A stretch of DNA of 64,000 nt, taken from the NCBI RefSeq assembly GCF_055900595.2, contig NZ_CM148325.1, one strand, 5' to 3'. The position numbers and the translations under genes are program-made. Positions 25,941-41,424 of this stretch are shown here, piece after piece. The notes beneath the pieces are model-generated. The model made no database searches. It saw only the letters and a program-made list of their open reading frames with translations, and had not been told where the DNA came from. Position 1 is the first letter of the stretch, and each line of letters opens with the position of its first letter.

Positions 25941-26171
25941 CTTTGTGCATAAATTATTTACATCACTTTTAATTTATTATCATGCTTTTTACAGCATGAT
26001 GTTTGTCTTTGCTTTTCATACAGTTAAATATAAAGCCATCCCTAATAATTGTGATAATGGGATTTTTTCTAATGTGGATAGATATGAATTATTTTTCTCC
26101 TTAAGGATCATCCGTTATTTGGGGCGTTTTCTGCTAAAATCGGCGCCTTGCGCTTCTTTAGCGCACTGTCT

Positions 26172-27104
26172 ATGGCTAACCTTTTGAATAAATTCATTAT
26201 GACGAGAATACTCGCTGCGATAACCCTTTTGCTGAGTATCGTATTGACCATTTTGGTCACTATTTTTTGCTCCGTCCCGATCATCATTGCCGGGATTGTA
26301 AAACTATTGCTACCTGTGCCAGTCATTTGGCGAAAGGTTTCGCGTTTTTGTGATTTTATGATGTATTGCTGGTGTGAAAGTCTGGCGGTATTACTGCATC
26401 TGAACCCACACCTGCAATGGGAAGTTCACGGGCTGGAAGGGTTAAGTAAGAAGAACTGGTATCTGCTTATTTGTAACCACCGTAGTTGGGCAGATATTGT
26501 CGTACTGTGCGTGCTGTTTCGTAAGCACATTCCGATGAATAAATATTTCCTCAAGCAGCAGCTTGCCTGGGTGCCATTTCTTGGCCTGGCATGCTGGGCG
26601 CTGGATATGCCGTTTATGAAGCGTTATTCCCGCGCTTATTTATTACGTCATCCGGAACGACGTGGTAAAGATGTTGAAACCACCCGGCGTTCTTGTGAAA
26701 AGTTTCGCCTGCACCCCACCACCATTGTCAATTTCGTTGAAGGCTCCCGTTTCACGCAAGAAAAACATCAGCAAACCCACTCCACTTTTCAAAACTTGTT
26801 GCCACCAAAGGCGGCAGGCATTGCGATGGCGCTAAATGTACTGGGTAAACAATTCGATAAACTGCTTAATGTTACGCTGTGTTATCCGGACAATAACCGT
26901 CAGCCGTTCTTCGATATGTTAAGCGGTAAACTGACGCGAATTGTCGTACATGTGGATTTGCAGCCTATTGCCGATGAGTTACATGGCGACTACATCAATG
27001 ACAAAAGCTTTAAGCGCCATTTTCAGCAATGGCTGAACTCACTGTGGCAGGAAAAAGACCGGCTTCTGACGTCGTTGATGTCATCACAGCGGCAGGACAA
27101 GTAA
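26172..27104 (+). CDS. yihG: PlsC-family acyltransferase YihG
   Basis: The start is set at ATG 26172 ([21 protein letters not shown]), giving 310 aa. It has an N-terminal TM segment and the acyltransferase H(X)4D motif NHRSWAD. Confidence 0.92.
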   Translation: MANLLNKFIMTRILAAITLLLSIVLTILVTIFCSVPIIIAGIVKLLLPVPVIWRKVSRFCDFMMYCWCESLAVLLHLNPHLQWEVHGLEGLSKKNWYLLICNHRSWADIVVLCVLFRKHIPMNKYFLKQQLAWVPFLGLACWALDMPFMKRYSRAYLLRHPERRGKDVETTRRSCEKFRLHPTTIVNFVEGSRFTQEKHQQTHSTFQNLLPPKAAGIAMALNVLGKQFDKLLNVTLCYPDNNRQPFFDMLSGKLTRIVVHVDLQPIADELHGDYINDKSFKRHFQQWLNSLWQEKDRLLTSLMSSQRQDK

Positions 27105-27106
27105 AT

Positions 27107-27141
27107 TTTGCTCGCCTCTGAATGAGCAGAGGCGAGTGAGT
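27107..27141. terminator. hairpin terminator between convergent yihG and yihF
   Basis: CTCGCCTCTG (27111-27120), loop AATGAG, CAGAGGCGAG (27127-27136), with T/A-rich flanks on both sides. Confidence 0.65.
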
Positions 27142-27144
27142 ATT

Positions 27145-28575
27145 TTAATGAACAAAACGTCCGGCACGAGACATAAATTCTTCTTCGCTCATCTCCTGTC
27201 CGTTAAAAACAACTTTACCCGGTGTATAACGCAGTTGCAGCGAGGCGGTATTGTTGTCAATCGTGATTAACTGAAACATCTGACCTAATGTCATCATCCC
27301 GCTGATTTGTTTATCAGCCTGCTTTTGCGCTTTTTCCGCATCCATGCCTTCAGATAAATTAAGCTGTTTTGCGGTTTCTGTGACAACATTAAGCGGTAAC
27401 TTCACGTCAAAATTGAGCGATTTAATATCTTTGTTTGTGGATGATGAAGATTTGGCTGGGTCGGCAATACTGATATCCAGATTGGCATTTAGTTCGCCGA
27501 GTGCGTTCTTCCATCTTACCGGTTGTTTAATGGTCGGCTCACTTTTTTGTAATAACGGTAAATACTCTTTGAACAATGCAGCATTCACTTCTTGCAGAGC
27601 AACTTCATCGTTTGCTAACTCAGGGTGTGCAGCAAGCTGCTTCTGCATCGCAATGTTATACTGAATGATAAATTGGCGCACCGCTGAGGGATCAATAGAT
27701 TCCGCAATCAAGGACCACTCACCACTACCGAGTTGCTGATTCCCTTTTGTTAACTTATCAAGTTCGTAGGTCAGATTGACATTGATATAATCTTTGTCTT
27801 TAACGCGATCCAGCCTGGTTTTTGCAACGAAAGCATCGATTTGGGCAACGTCTTCTCCCTGATTGATAATGTTAATCTGATTGAATTTCGACTCGCTTTC
27901 GCCAACCGGAAATTTCTTTTCTTCTAATCGCGTCAGAGAATCAATGGTAAAACTTTTCGCCGTTACTTTGTTCAATGGCGATAATTCCAGAACAATATCT
28001 TCGACTTTGCCTTCAATATCCAGGTTAGACAATGAGCTACCATCACCATTAAAAGTAAACTGGCCTTCACCAAAAGAAAACTTTCCATATTTTGCAGGGG
28101 CAACATCTAATGTCGTGGAGAATGAGCCACCAAACGCGAATCGCAATGTCGCTTCCACAGGAGATTTATTTTTTGCGGCGATAAATAGCGGTTGTGTCAG
28201 TTCATTATCCACTAATTTCACTTTTGCCGCTGCCAGTGCGGGGATGACATTACCACGCATTAACATTGTGATGGGTAACGGACCGTGCTCAACATCCACA
28301 TCAAACGCAACTTTCTGGCCAGGTTTGATATTGAGATCAGGTGCACCGTTATCAAATGTCATTTGCATTTGAAAACGAGAATTAAAAAAGCCTTTGTCAA
28401 AATTTTTATAACTTAACGTCATATCGTAGACATGTTCACCTTTCTTTTTAGCATCGTTAAAATCTTTAATAAACTTTTCGACACCAGGCTGAATTTGCGT
28501 ACCTGTGTACCATGTGCCACCACCCCAGATTACGGCTAACGCAACAATAACACCTGTAGCTGACTTACGTATCAT
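27145..28575 (-). CDS. yihF: DUF945-family protein YihF (exported or membrane-anchored)
   Basis: The start is set at ATG 28575 (MIRKSATGVIVALAVIWGGGTWYTG), giving 476 aa. It has an N-terminal hydrophobic anchor. Confidence 0.9.
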   Translation of the reverse strand: MIRKSATGVIVALAVIWGGGTWYTGTQIQPGVEKFIKDFNDAKKKGEHVYDMTLSYKNFDKGFFNSRFQMQMTFDNGAPDLNIKPGQKVAFDVDVEHGPLPITMLMRGNVIPALAAAKVKLVDNELTQPLFIAAKNKSPVEATLRFAFGGSFSTTLDVAPAKYGKFSFGEGQFTFNGDGSSLSNLDIEGKVEDIVLELSPLNKVTAKSFTIDSLTRLEEKKFPVGESESKFNQINIINQGEDVAQIDAFVAKTRLDRVKDKDYINVNLTYELDKLTKGNQQLGSGEWSLIAESIDPSAVRQFIIQYNIAMQKQLAAHPELANDEVALQEVNAALFKEYLPLLQKSEPTIKQPVRWKNALGELNANLDISIADPAKSSSSTNKDIKSLNFDVKLPLNVVTETAKQLNLSEGMDAEKAQKQADKQISGMMTLGQMFQLITIDNNTASLQLRYTPGKVVFNGQEMSEEEFMSRAGRFVH

Positions 28576-28681
28576 ATAAATATTCCCTGATAAAACAGCA
28601 AAACTTTGAATATCCACTTATGCTGAAATAATGTCCAGCGGCAGGACGCATTATCAGAATGTATTTATATTTATTAAATAA

Positions 28682-28710
28682 TAAAAAAGCCCGTGAATAT
28701 TCACGGGCTT
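28682..28710 (-). terminator. rho-independent terminator after dsbA
   Basis: The perfect palindrome AAGCCCGTGAATATTCACGGGCTT (28687-28710) is followed on the minus strand by T6. Confidence 0.85.
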
Positions 28711-28728
28711 TATGTAATTTACATTGAA

Positions 28729-29355
28729 TTATTTTTTCTCGGACAGATATTTCACAGTATCAGCATACTGCTGAACAAAAACATCCATATTGCTGGTATC
28801 CATACCCTGCGGATTCAGCTGATATTTACCGTTAACAAACATCGCCGGAACGCCACGCAATTGCACGTCAGCTGCAGCTTTTTCCTGCTGAGCGACCAGG
28901 GATTTCACCACGAAGCTGTTCCACGCCGCGTCGTACTCTTCACCTTTAATACCTGCGTTGATAAATACATCGCGGATATCAGATGCTGAACGAATGGTCT
29001 GGGTTTTCTGTACGCCTTCAAACAGCGGAACAGTGACTTTGTCTTCCACGCCCAGTGCCATCGCCACTGCCCATGCCTGAGTCAGATCTTTGCCCAGGTC
29101 ACCCCCCATGAAGTTGACGTGGTATTTAGTCATCTTCACGCCTTCCGGCAGTTTTTTCTTCACGTTATCAGAAATATGCAGAACTTCTTCAAACTGATAG
29201 CAGTGCGGGCAGAAGAAAGAGAAAAACTCCAGCACTTGCGGCGCGCCAGCTACCGGTTTTTCCAGGGTAGTGTACTGTTTACCATCTTCATACTGCGCCG
29301 CCGATGCGCTAAACGCTAAAACTAAACCAGCCAGCGCCAGCCAAATCTTTTTCAT
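28729..29355 (-). CDS. dsbA: periplasmic thiol:disulfide oxidoreductase DsbA
   Basis: 208-aa ORF with signal peptide [19 protein letters not shown] and active site FFCPHCYQF (CPHC). Confidence 0.98.
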
Positions 29356-29371
29356 GATCTACTCTCTCCGA

Positions 29372-30358
29372 TTAATACATAGGTGTTAATTGCAAAGGGG
29401 GTTCTTGTAGAACTTTTGCCTGTTCTATAAAAGTCGCCGTCTGTCGCAGCCAGTAATCTTCCCCGGTTAACCACGGGAAATTTTTCGGGAACGCGGGATC
29501 AGCCCAACGCCGCATTAGCCAGGCAAGATAATAAACCAAACGCATGGCGCGTAAAGGTTCAATCAGTCCGATTTCAGCGGTGTCGAACTCGCTAAATTCT
29601 TCATAAGCTTCAATAATAGTTTCCAGTTGCATCCGCTGCTCGGCTTTATCGCCATTGAGCAACATCCACAAATCCTGAATAGCCGGACCATTACGTGCAT
29701 CATCCAGATCAACAAACATTGGACCATCGCGCCAGAGGATATTCCCGGCGTGGCAGTCTCCATGTAGCCGCAGAACGGTGAAATCTTCCCGCCAGTGTGC
29801 TGTAACGGCGGCGATCAGCTCATCTGTCGCTTTCAGGAATGCCGCTTTCAACCCGGAAGGTATCAGTGTGGCGTCCTCAAACAGCTTGCGTGGCTCAATG
29901 AGATATTCATTCAGACCGATGGTCGGGCGATGGATAAAAAGCTGTTTGCGCCCCGTCTGGTGCATACGCCCTAAATAACGCCCAACAGCTTCCATCTGAT
30001 CGATATTATCAGCTTCGAACTGGCGACCACCGACGCTTGGAAAAACAGCGAAATAAAATCCCTGATGATTCAATAAAGTCTGACCGTTAAAGGCCACAGG
30101 CGCTGCGACCGGAACTTCATCGTTAACCAGCTGCAACGCAAATTGATGTTCTTCGAGGATTTGATCGGCTGTCCAACGTTCAGGGCGATAAAATTTGACG
30201 ACAAAACGTCGACGATCTTCGTCCTGAAATTGATAGACACGGTTTTCATAGCTGTTAAGCGGGGTAAGACCGGAATCCACCCGGATCCCATGCTCAAACA
30301 GAGCGTCCATGATGGTATCCGGGTGTAGTGTCTGGAAAGTAAAAGCGCTGTTGTTCAT
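29372..30358 (-). CDS. srkA: stress response Ser/Thr kinase SrkA (YihE)
   Basis: 328-aa ORF starting MNNSAFTFQTLHPDTIMDALFEHGIRVDSGLTPLNSYENRVYQF. It has the APH/choline-kinase-like catalytic loop LHGDCHAGNILW and DLDD. Confidence 0.95.
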   Translation of the reverse strand: MNNSAFTFQTLHPDTIMDALFEHGIRVDSGLTPLNSYENRVYQFQDEDRRRFVVKFYRPERWTADQILEEHQFALQLVNDEVPVAAPVAFNGQTLLNHQGFYFAVFPSVGGRQFEADNIDQMEAVGRYLGRMHQTGRKQLFIHRPTIGLNEYLIEPRKLFEDATLIPSGLKAAFLKATDELIAAVTAHWREDFTVLRLHGDCHAGNILWRDGPMFVDLDDARNGPAIQDLWMLLNGDKAEQRMQLETIIEAYEEFSEFDTAEIGLIEPLRAMRLVYYLAWLMRRWADPAFPKNFPWLTGEDYWLRQTATFIEQAKVLQEPPLQLTPMY

Positions 30359-30434
30359 CCCATCATCCGGAAAACATTACGAATGATGAAGGATATCATT
30401 TCACGATGATTTTGGTGGCACCGCTTACAAGCTT

Positions 30435-30704
30435 TTACTCTTTAATTACGCCGCGAGCGCGTAACAGCGCCGTTTTGAAATCTTCTTCATAATCTTTCTG
30501 CAAACCCGGGATCACCGCATCTTTCGCGGAATCACGCATTTTCAGGTGATAGATCAGAATGTCATCCGTCAAATCCGCCAGTTCGCCGTCAAAACCTGAC
30601 TCTTTCGCCAGTTTCTGCAAAAATTGCAGCAGGTTAAGGTCTGGCTCTTTTTGCCAGGCTGGCTGGAGGAGTTCAATAACTTCATTCAGACGTTTACATT
30701 TCAT
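30435..30704 (-). CDS. yihD: small conserved protein YihD (DUF1040)
   Basis: The start is set at ATG 30704 ([33 protein letters not shown]), giving 89 aa; the track ORF has a 10-codon upstream extension. Confidence 0.9.
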
Positions 30705-30773
30705 AGTAATGCTCCTTACTCTTGAGACAGACACGTTAGCAGGGTCAATCCCACAATAAAAGAGGCGATATCG

Positions 30774-31358
30774 GTGAATCTGATGACGACGATAACAGGC
30801 GTTGTGCTGGCGGGCGGTAAAGCCAGACGAATGGGCGGCGTAGATAAAGGATTGCTTGAATTAAACGGCAAACCATTATGGCAACATGTCGCTGACGCGC
30901 TTATGACGCAGCTCTCTCACGTCGTGGTTAATGCTAATCGTCATCAGGAAATCTATCAGGCAAGCGGTCTGAAAGTGATTGAAGATACACTGGCGGATTA
31001 CCCAGGCCCTCTGGCAGGAATGCTTTCAGTAATGCAGCAGGAAGCGGGGGAGTGGTTTTTGTTTTGCCCATGCGATACGCCTTACATTCCCCCTGATTTA
31101 GCTGCCCGGCTTAATCATCAGCGCAAAGATGCGCCTGTCGTGTGGGTCCACGACGGTGAACGCGATCACCCGACTATTGCTCTGGTAAACCGCGCAATTG
31201 AGCCTTTATTACTGGAATATCTGCAAGCAGGAGAACGCCGGGTAATGGCATTTATGCGTCTGGCTGGCGGTCACGCGGTCGATTTCAGCGATCATAAAGA
31301 TGCATTTGTAAACGTGAATACGCCAGAGGAGCTTGCCCGATGGCAGGAAAAACGATGA
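30774..31358 (+). CDS. mobA: molybdenum cofactor guanylyltransferase MobA
   Basis: 194-aa ORF with a GTG start, beginning [28 protein letters not shown] (LAGG-x-RMG motif). Confidence 0.95.
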
Positions 31359-31858
31359 TACCGTTACTCGCCTTTGCCGCGTGGAGCGGCACTGGAAAAA
31401 CTACGCTGCTGAAAAAACTGATCCCGGCATTATGCGCCAGAGGGATCCGTCCAGGGCTGATTAAGCATACGCACCATGATATGGATGTTGATAAACCGGG
31501 CAAAGATAGCTATGAGCTGCGCAAGGCTGGCGCGGCACAAACCATCGTTGCCAGCCAGCAGCGATGGGCCTTGATGACGGAAACACCAGACGAAGAAGAG
31601 CTGGATCTACATTTTCTCGCAAGTCGAATGGATACCTCAAAGCTGGATTTGATTCTGGTCGAAGGGTTTAAGCATGAAGAGATCGCAAAGATTGTGCTGT
31701 TTCGCGATGGAGCCGGACATCGACCGGAAGAATTAGTGATAGACAGACATGTTATTGCTGTAGCCAGTGATGTGCCGCTTAATCTTGATGTCGCGTTACT
31801 GGATATTAATGATGTTGAGGGGCTGGCTGATTTTGTGGTGGAGTGGATGCAAAAGTAG
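31340..31858 (+). CDS. mobB: molybdopterin-guanine dinucleotide biosynthesis adaptor protein MobB
   Basis: ATG at 31340 follows a GAGGAG RBS. An alternative ATG at 31355 forms an ATGA overlap with the mobA stop. The Walker A motif WSGTGKTTL is present. Confidence 0.9.
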   Translation: MAGKTMIPLLAFAAWSGTGKTTLLKKLIPALCARGIRPGLIKHTHHDMDVDKPGKDSYELRKAGAAQTIVASQQRWALMTETPDEEELDLHFLASRMDTSKLDLILVEGFKHEEIAKIVLFRDGAGHRPEELVIDRHVIAVASDVPLNLDVALLDINDVEGLADFVVEWMQK

Positions 31859-31891
31859 GCTGGATAAGATGCGCCAGCGTCGCATCCGGCA
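31859..31891. repeat. REP element abutting the mobB stop codon
   Basis: GGCTGGATAAGATGCGCCAGCGTCGCATCCGGC is a REP-type imperfect palindrome. Confidence 0.7.
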
Positions 31892-31909
31892 TGATTTTCT
31901 GCACCAATG

Positions 31910-31938
31910 CAAAAAGGCCATCCGTCAGGATGGCCTTT
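31910..31938 (-). terminator. rrn operon terminator downstream of 5S rRNA
   Basis: GGCCATCC (31916-31923), loop GTCA, GGATGGCC (31928-31935). The minus strand reads AAAGGCCATCCTGACGGATGGCCTTTTTGC. Confidence 0.9.
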
Positions 31939-31949
31939 CGCTTAATTTG

Positions 31950-32069
31950 ATGCCTGGCAGTTCCCTACTCTCGCATGGGGAGACCCCACACTACCATCGG
32001 CGCTACGGCGTTTCACTTCTGAGTTCGGCATGGGGTCAGGTGGGACCACCGCGCTAAGGCCGCCAGGCA
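31950..32069 (-). rRNA. rrfA: 5S ribosomal RNA
   Basis: The minus strand reads TGCCTGGCGGCCTTAGCGCGGTGGTCCCACCTGACCCCATGCCGAACTCAGAAGTGAAACGCCGTAGCGCCGATGGTAGTGTGGGGTCTCCCCATGCGAGAGTAGGGAACTGCCAGGCAT (120 nt). Confidence 0.98.
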
Positions 32070-32162
32070 AATTCTGTTTCATCAGACCGCTTCTGCGTTC
32101 TGATTTAATCTGTATCAGGCTGAAAATCTTCTCTCAATCCGCCAAAACATCTTCGGCGTTGT

Positions 32163-35067
<2,905 letters not shown>

Positions 35068-35174
35068 TCACAACCCGAAGATGTTTCTTTCGATTCATCA
35101 TCGTGTTGCGAAAATTTGAGAGACTCACGAACAACTTTCGTTGTTCAGTGTTTCAATTTTCAGCTTGATCCAGA

Positions 35175-35187
35175 TTTTTAAAGAGCA
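35175..35187 (-). promoter_or_regulatory. spacer boxA antitermination element upstream of 23S
   Basis: The minus strand reads TGCTCTTTAAAAA, a boxA-like sequence. Confidence 0.6.
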
Positions 35188-35250
35188 AAACTTCGCAGTG
35201 AACCTTTGCAGGTACACTCTGAAGTATTTTTTATTTAATCACTACAGAGA

Positions 35251-35326
35251 TGGTGGAGCTATGCGGGATCGAACCGCAGACCTCCTGCGTGCAAAGCAGG
35301 CGCTCTCCCAGCTGAGCTATAGCCCC
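35251..35326 (-). tRNA. alaT: tRNA-Ala (anticodon UGC)
   Basis: The minus strand reads GGGGCTATAGCTCAGCTGGGAGAGCGCCTGCTTTGCACGCAGGAGGTCTGCGGTTCGATCCCGCATAGCTCCACCA (76 nt, encoded CCA). Confidence 0.98.
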
Positions 35327-35368
35327 ATAACATGTAGTTAAAACCTCTTCAAATTTGCGGTGCAAATT

Positions 35369-35445
<77 letters not shown>

Positions 35446-35513
35446 GTAGAGGTTTTACTGCTCATTCTCATCAGACAATCTGTGTGAGCACTGCAAAGAA
35501 CAGTTCTTTCAGG

Positions 35514-37055
<1,542 letters not shown>

Positions 37056-37186
37056 AAAAGTTTGATGCTCAAAGAATTAAACTTCGTAATGAATTACATG
37101 TTCACTCTTGAGACTTGGTATTCATTTTTCGTCTTGCGACGTTAAGAATCCGTATCTTCGAGTGCCCACACAGATTGTCTGATAAA

Positions 37187-37199
37187 TTGTTAAAGAGCA
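37187..37199 (-). promoter_or_regulatory. rrn leader boxA antitermination element
   Basis: The minus strand reads TGCTCTTTAACAA, the canonical rrn boxA. Confidence 0.85.
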
Positions 37200-37236
37200 G
37201 TGCCGCTTCGCTTTTTCTCAGCGGCGCGGGGTGTGC

Positions 37237-37265
37237 ATAATACGCTTTCCCGCTTCAGAGTCAAG
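37237..37265 (-). promoter_or_regulatory. rrnA P2 promoter
   Basis: The minus strand reads TTGACT-N17-TATTAT followed by the GC-rich discriminator GCACACCCCGCGCCGC. Confidence 0.85.
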
Positions 37266-37354
37266 CATTTTTTTGCTTTTCTCTGTCGAGATTCTCAGGA
37301 GAATCTCGCTGACCCGGCGGCGTGTTTGCCGTTGTTCCGTGTCAGTGGTGGCGC

Positions 37355-37404
37355 ATTATAGGGAGTTATTCCGGCCTGACAAGAGGAAATTTAAAATAAT
37401 TTTC
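37355..37404 (-). promoter_or_regulatory. rrnA P1 promoter with UP element
   Basis: The minus strand reads TTGTCAGGCCGGAATAACTCCCTATAATGCGCCACCACTG. It is preceded by the A/T-rich UP element GAAAATTATTTTAAATTTCCTC. Confidence 0.9.
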
Positions 37405-37431
37405 CGACCGCGCATTTTTTACTCTTTATGC

Positions 37432-37977
37432 TTATTTCAGCGTCGGTTTGTCGGTTAAATGGGCGATTTCTCGGGCGAAATTCGCCACCTGCTGCCAATC
37501 GGTATAGACAACTTCTTTGCGCGTATCCGTTTCACCGCCTGACATCTTCATAATCAGCTTGATCATAAAGCGGTCGTACCAGCGGTAACGTGGATAACGT
37601 AGCGCCCCGGCAATGACGGCACAGCGATCGGGACGCCATTGTGAACTCATCAGAAACTTCCGCGCGTAGCTGTTGGTCTGTGGAGTACGCTTCTCCGGTT
37701 TACGCGCCACCAGGTTTACGGAGTAAAAGGCGCTCGGCATCGAATTCAGCCGCGTCGCATGCTTTTTGACAAATTCCTGGAACGCAGAGTGGTAGTGACC
37801 ATAGCGAATAGAAGCACCAATGACCACGCGATCGTAGTTTTCCCACTGGGGTTCTTCAATGCGATGCACATTAGCGACATCTGCCTGGATCCCCAGTTCT
37901 TTCAGTTCCGAAGCCAGGTAGGCGGCAATCTCGCGCGTTTGTCCGTCCCTTGTTGAGAAAAGAATTAATGTTTTCAC
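37432..37977 (-). CDS. hemG: protoporphyrinogen IX dehydrogenase (menaquinone-dependent, flavodoxin-like) HemG
   Basis: 181-aa ORF starting [29 protein letters not shown]. Confidence 0.96.
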   Translation of the reverse strand: MKTLILFSTRDGQTREIAAYLASELKELGIQADVANVHRIEEPQWENYDRVVIGASIRYGHYHSAFQEFVKKHATRLNSMPSAFYSVNLVARKPEKRTPQTNSYARKFLMSSQWRPDRCAVIAGALRYPRYRWYDRFMIKLIMKMSGGETDTRKEVVYTDWQQVANFAREIAHLTDKPTLK

Positions 37978-37988
37978 GTATTACTCCA

Positions 37989-39440
37989 TCATTCACGCCA
38001 GAAAGTCGGGGTAAAGAGCACCAGCAATGTAAAGACCTCGAGACGACCAAACAGCATATTGGCAATCAGGATCCATTTAGCCACCGGGTTCATACTGGTA
38101 AAGTTATCAGCAACCACGCCAAGCCCTGGCCCCAGGTTATTCAATGTCGCAACAACCGAGGCAAAGGCAGAAAAGTCATCCACACCCGTGGCGATAATCG
38201 CCAGCATACTGACGATAAACACCAGGGCATAAGCGGAGAAAAATCCCCAAACAGCTTCGAGGATACGTTCCGGCAGTGCGCGATTCCCCAGCTTAATGCT
38301 GTAAACGGCGTTCGGATGCACCAGTCGTTTCAGCTCACGGTTCCCCTGCTTAAACAGCAGCAGAATGCGGATCACTTTCAGGCCACCGCCCGTAGACCCG
38401 GCGCAACCGCCAATAAATGCTGAACATAAAAGCAGTACCGGCAAAAAGAGCGGCCAGCGGGCAATGCTGTCAGTCGTAAACCCGGCGGTTGTCGCCATCG
38501 ACACCACCTGGAAAAACGCCTGGTTAATTGTCATCAGCGCCGAACTATAGACATTATGAAACCACAGCACGAGGGTACAAATAACCACCAGCGTAAACTG
38601 TACGCCGATAAACATGCGAAATTCCGGATCGCGCCAATAAACCTTCAGACTACGCCCACTTAACAGCGAAAAGTGCAGACCGTAGTTACAGCCGGAGATC
38701 AGCAGGAAGATAGCAATGATAGTGTTAATAGTCGGGCTGTCGAAATAACCGATACTGGCATCATGTGTCGAGAAGCCGCCAATAGCGATAGTCGCAAAGC
38801 TATGGCCGATGGCATCAAAGGCATCCATTCCGGCAAACCACAACGCCAGCGCACAGGCGACGGTCAGCAAGACATAAATCAACCACAGGGTTTTCGCCGT
38901 TTCCGCAATTCGCGGGCGCATTTTGTTATCTTTCAGCGGGCCGGGCATTTCCGCGCGATAGAGCTGCATCCCACCCACGCCGAGGATAGGCAGTATCGCA
39001 ACCGCCAACACGATGATCCCCATCCCGCCAAACCATTGCAGCATCTGGCGATAAAAGAGGATTGCGTGAGGAAGTGTATCCAGTCCCACCAGCGTAGTGG
39101 CCCCCGTGGTAGTCAGACCGGAGAAAGATTCAAAAAACGCATCGGTAATCGTGAGGTTTGGGCTTTCCGAAAAGATAAAAGGGAGCGCACCGACGCTACC
39201 CAACACGGTCCAGAACAGCACCACTATCAGAAACCCTTCACGGGATTTCAGTTCGCCCTTTTCTTTACGGTTCGGCCACCACAGCATAGAACCAATGGCA
39301 AGGGCGACAAAAAAGGTCTGGGTAAAGGCGCGGCCCGCACCATCCCGGTAGATGAGTGCTACCAGCCCAGGGATAATCATGGTCCCTGAAAATAAGATGA
39401 CCAGTAGTCCAACAATTCGGGTAATGGCGCGAAAATGCAT
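37989..39440 (-). CDS. trkH: Trk system potassium uptake protein TrkH
   Basis: 483-aa polytopic membrane protein starting MHFRAITRIVGLLVILFSGTMIIPGLVALIYRDG. Confidence 0.97.
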   Translation of the reverse strand: MHFRAITRIVGLLVILFSGTMIIPGLVALIYRDGAGRAFTQTFFVALAIGSMLWWPNRKEKGELKSREGFLIVVLFWTVLGSVGALPFIFSESPNLTITDAFFESFSGLTTTGATTLVGLDTLPHAILFYRQMLQWFGGMGIIVLAVAILPILGVGGMQLYRAEMPGPLKDNKMRPRIAETAKTLWLIYVLLTVACALALWFAGMDAFDAIGHSFATIAIGGFSTHDASIGYFDSPTINTIIAIFLLISGCNYGLHFSLLSGRSLKVYWRDPEFRMFIGVQFTLVVICTLVLWFHNVYSSALMTINQAFFQVVSMATTAGFTTDSIARWPLFLPVLLLCSAFIGGCAGSTGGGLKVIRILLLFKQGNRELKRLVHPNAVYSIKLGNRALPERILEAVWGFFSAYALVFIVSMLAIIATGVDDFSAFASVVATLNNLGPGLGVVADNFTSMNPVAKWILIANMLFGRLEVFTLLVLFTPTFWRE

Positions 39441-39478
39441 CTCTGCCGCTTCCTTAGTTCTGCAAAATGAAGTGGGGA

Positions 39479-40093
39479 TTATTCTTCAATCGCTAACAAT
39501 TGCAATGAACCACGGCTAAAATCCGCCAGTTTTGCGGAAAATTCAGCCACTTTCGCCGCCGGAAGCGCCACCCGCAGCAGAACGAATGTCTGATAATCAC
39601 TGTTGATAATTTTGCCGCCACACTGCCCCAGCAATGCTTCAATGCCGGTTAACTGACTATATTCACATTGCAAAGTATATTCGGTTAATGGCGTCTTGCG
39701 TTGGGTCGTTAGCTGGCGCAGTGCCTGATTCACGCCGCCGCCATACGCTTTCACTAACCCACCGGTGCCCAGCAATATGCCGCCGTAGTAGCGCACCACC
39801 ACGGCGGTAATTTCCCCGACGCCGCTGCCCATAAGTTGGGCGAGCATCGGTTTACCTGCCGTTCCCGCGGGTTCCCCGTCATCAGAGAAACCCAGTTGTT
39901 GAGAATCATCCGGTGCGCCAGCTACCCACGCCACGCAATGGTGGCGGGCATCAGGGTGTTCTGCCCGCACCGATTCAACAAACGCTTTCGCCGCCTCGAC
40001 GCCATCGGTATGCGCCAACAGCGTAATGAAGCGGCTTTTTTTGATCTCTTCAACAACCGTGACCGGTGCCGCAGGAATTAACCAGCTTTCCAT
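39479..40093 (-). CDS. yigZ: IMPACT-family protein YigZ
   Basis: The start is set at ATG 40093 ([23 protein letters not shown]), giving 204 aa. It overlaps the pepQ stop as TGATG. Confidence 0.92.
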   Translation of the reverse strand: MESWLIPAAPVTVVEEIKKSRFITLLAHTDGVEAAKAFVESVRAEHPDARHHCVAWVAGAPDDSQQLGFSDDGEPAGTAGKPMLAQLMGSGVGEITAVVVRYYGGILLGTGGLVKAYGGGVNQALRQLTTQRKTPLTEYTLQCEYSQLTGIEALLGQCGGKIINSDYQTFVLLRVALPAAKVAEFSAKLADFSRGSLQLLAIEE

Positions 40094-41424
40094 CACGCCA
40101 GTTTCAGATCCCGGGTCATGTTTTCCACGTTGTTTTCGTGGATCACCACGTTGTCTTCGATACGAATACCGCCGAACGGTTTCAGTGCTTCAATTTTCTG
40201 CCAGTTGAAGTGTTTGCTGAACTGCCCTTCACGCCACGGTGCCAGCAGCGATTCGATGAAGTAGATACCCGGTTCGATGGTTAAGACCATGCCCGGCTGG
40301 AGAATACGGGTGCAGCGCAGGTACGGATATTTTGCCGGTGCCGCGAGGTGCGTACCGCTATCATCCTGCATAAAACCGGCCACGTCATGCACCTGCAGGC
40401 CCAGCGGATGGCCGATACCGTGCGGCATAAACGGTCCGGTAAGATCATTTTCGACCATCGCCTCTTCACTCATATCGGTGATGATTTGATGTTTACGCAG
40501 CAGTTTGGCGATACGCTGATGGAACTGGATGTGGTAATCCACATAGCTGACGCCTGCTTTCATGGTGGCGATCAGCGCCAGTTGTTCATCATTTACGTCT
40601 TTCACCAGCTGTGCATAGTCGTTGTCGCTTTTTGCCGACCAGGTACGAGTCAGGTCAGCCGCATAGCCGTTATATTCGGCCCCGGCATCCAGCAGGAAGC
40701 TGCGCATCTCTTCCGGTGCCTGATGGTCGAGTTTGGTGTAATGCAGTACCGCAGCGTGTTCGTTGAGCGCCACAATGTTGCTGTAAGGCACGTCGGTATC
40801 ACGATGACCGGTCGCGGTCAGATAGGCAATGTTGATATCGAACTCGCTCATGCCAGAACGGAACGCTTCTTCTGCCGCGCGATGACCGTTGACCGCCATT
40901 TTCTGCGCTTCACGCATACAGGCCAGTTCGTACTCGGTTTTGAAGGAGCGGTAGTAATGCAGGTAGTCGATCACCCCTTTCGGGTTGATATTGCTGGCCT
41001 CAATACCCAGTTGCAGCGCACGTTCCGGCACCGGACCGATATAACCGATATTGCCGCGCGCAGCTGGCAACAGGCTACCAATGCCATCGGCTTTCGGCAA
41101 CGCAATTACTTCCACGTCCTCAGTCCAGAAGGAGGTCGGCAGTGGTTCAACGTTGTGCCAGTAATCAACCGGCAGATAAAACCACAGTTTCGGCTTGTTC
41201 ACGCCATCTACCAGCAACCAGCAGTTTGGCACCTGGGTTACCGGCACCCACGCTTTGAATTGCGGGTTCACTTTAAAAGGATAGGGATGATCGTCGAGAA
41301 AAACGTTGAACAGTTCGCCGGAGTGAATAAGTAACGCATCCAGCTTGAAGCGCGCCAGCGCATCGCGAGTCCGTTCCTGTAAGGTAGCTATATGATTTTT
41401 ATAGAGCGAGGCCAGTGATTCCAT
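40093..41424 (-). CDS. pepQ: Xaa-Pro dipeptidase (prolidase) PepQ
   Basis: 443-aa ORF starting [23 protein letters not shown]. It has the M24 metallopeptidase motifs [13 protein letters not shown] and EPG. Confidence 0.97.

Noticed and set aside
25810-26187. 125-aa ORF in the polA-yihG intergenic region.
   Set aside because: It is AT-rich promoter DNA with no RBS. The odd Phe/Ile/Leu-rich translation overlaps the DnaA boxes and the yihG start. K-12 has no gene here as far as I recall.
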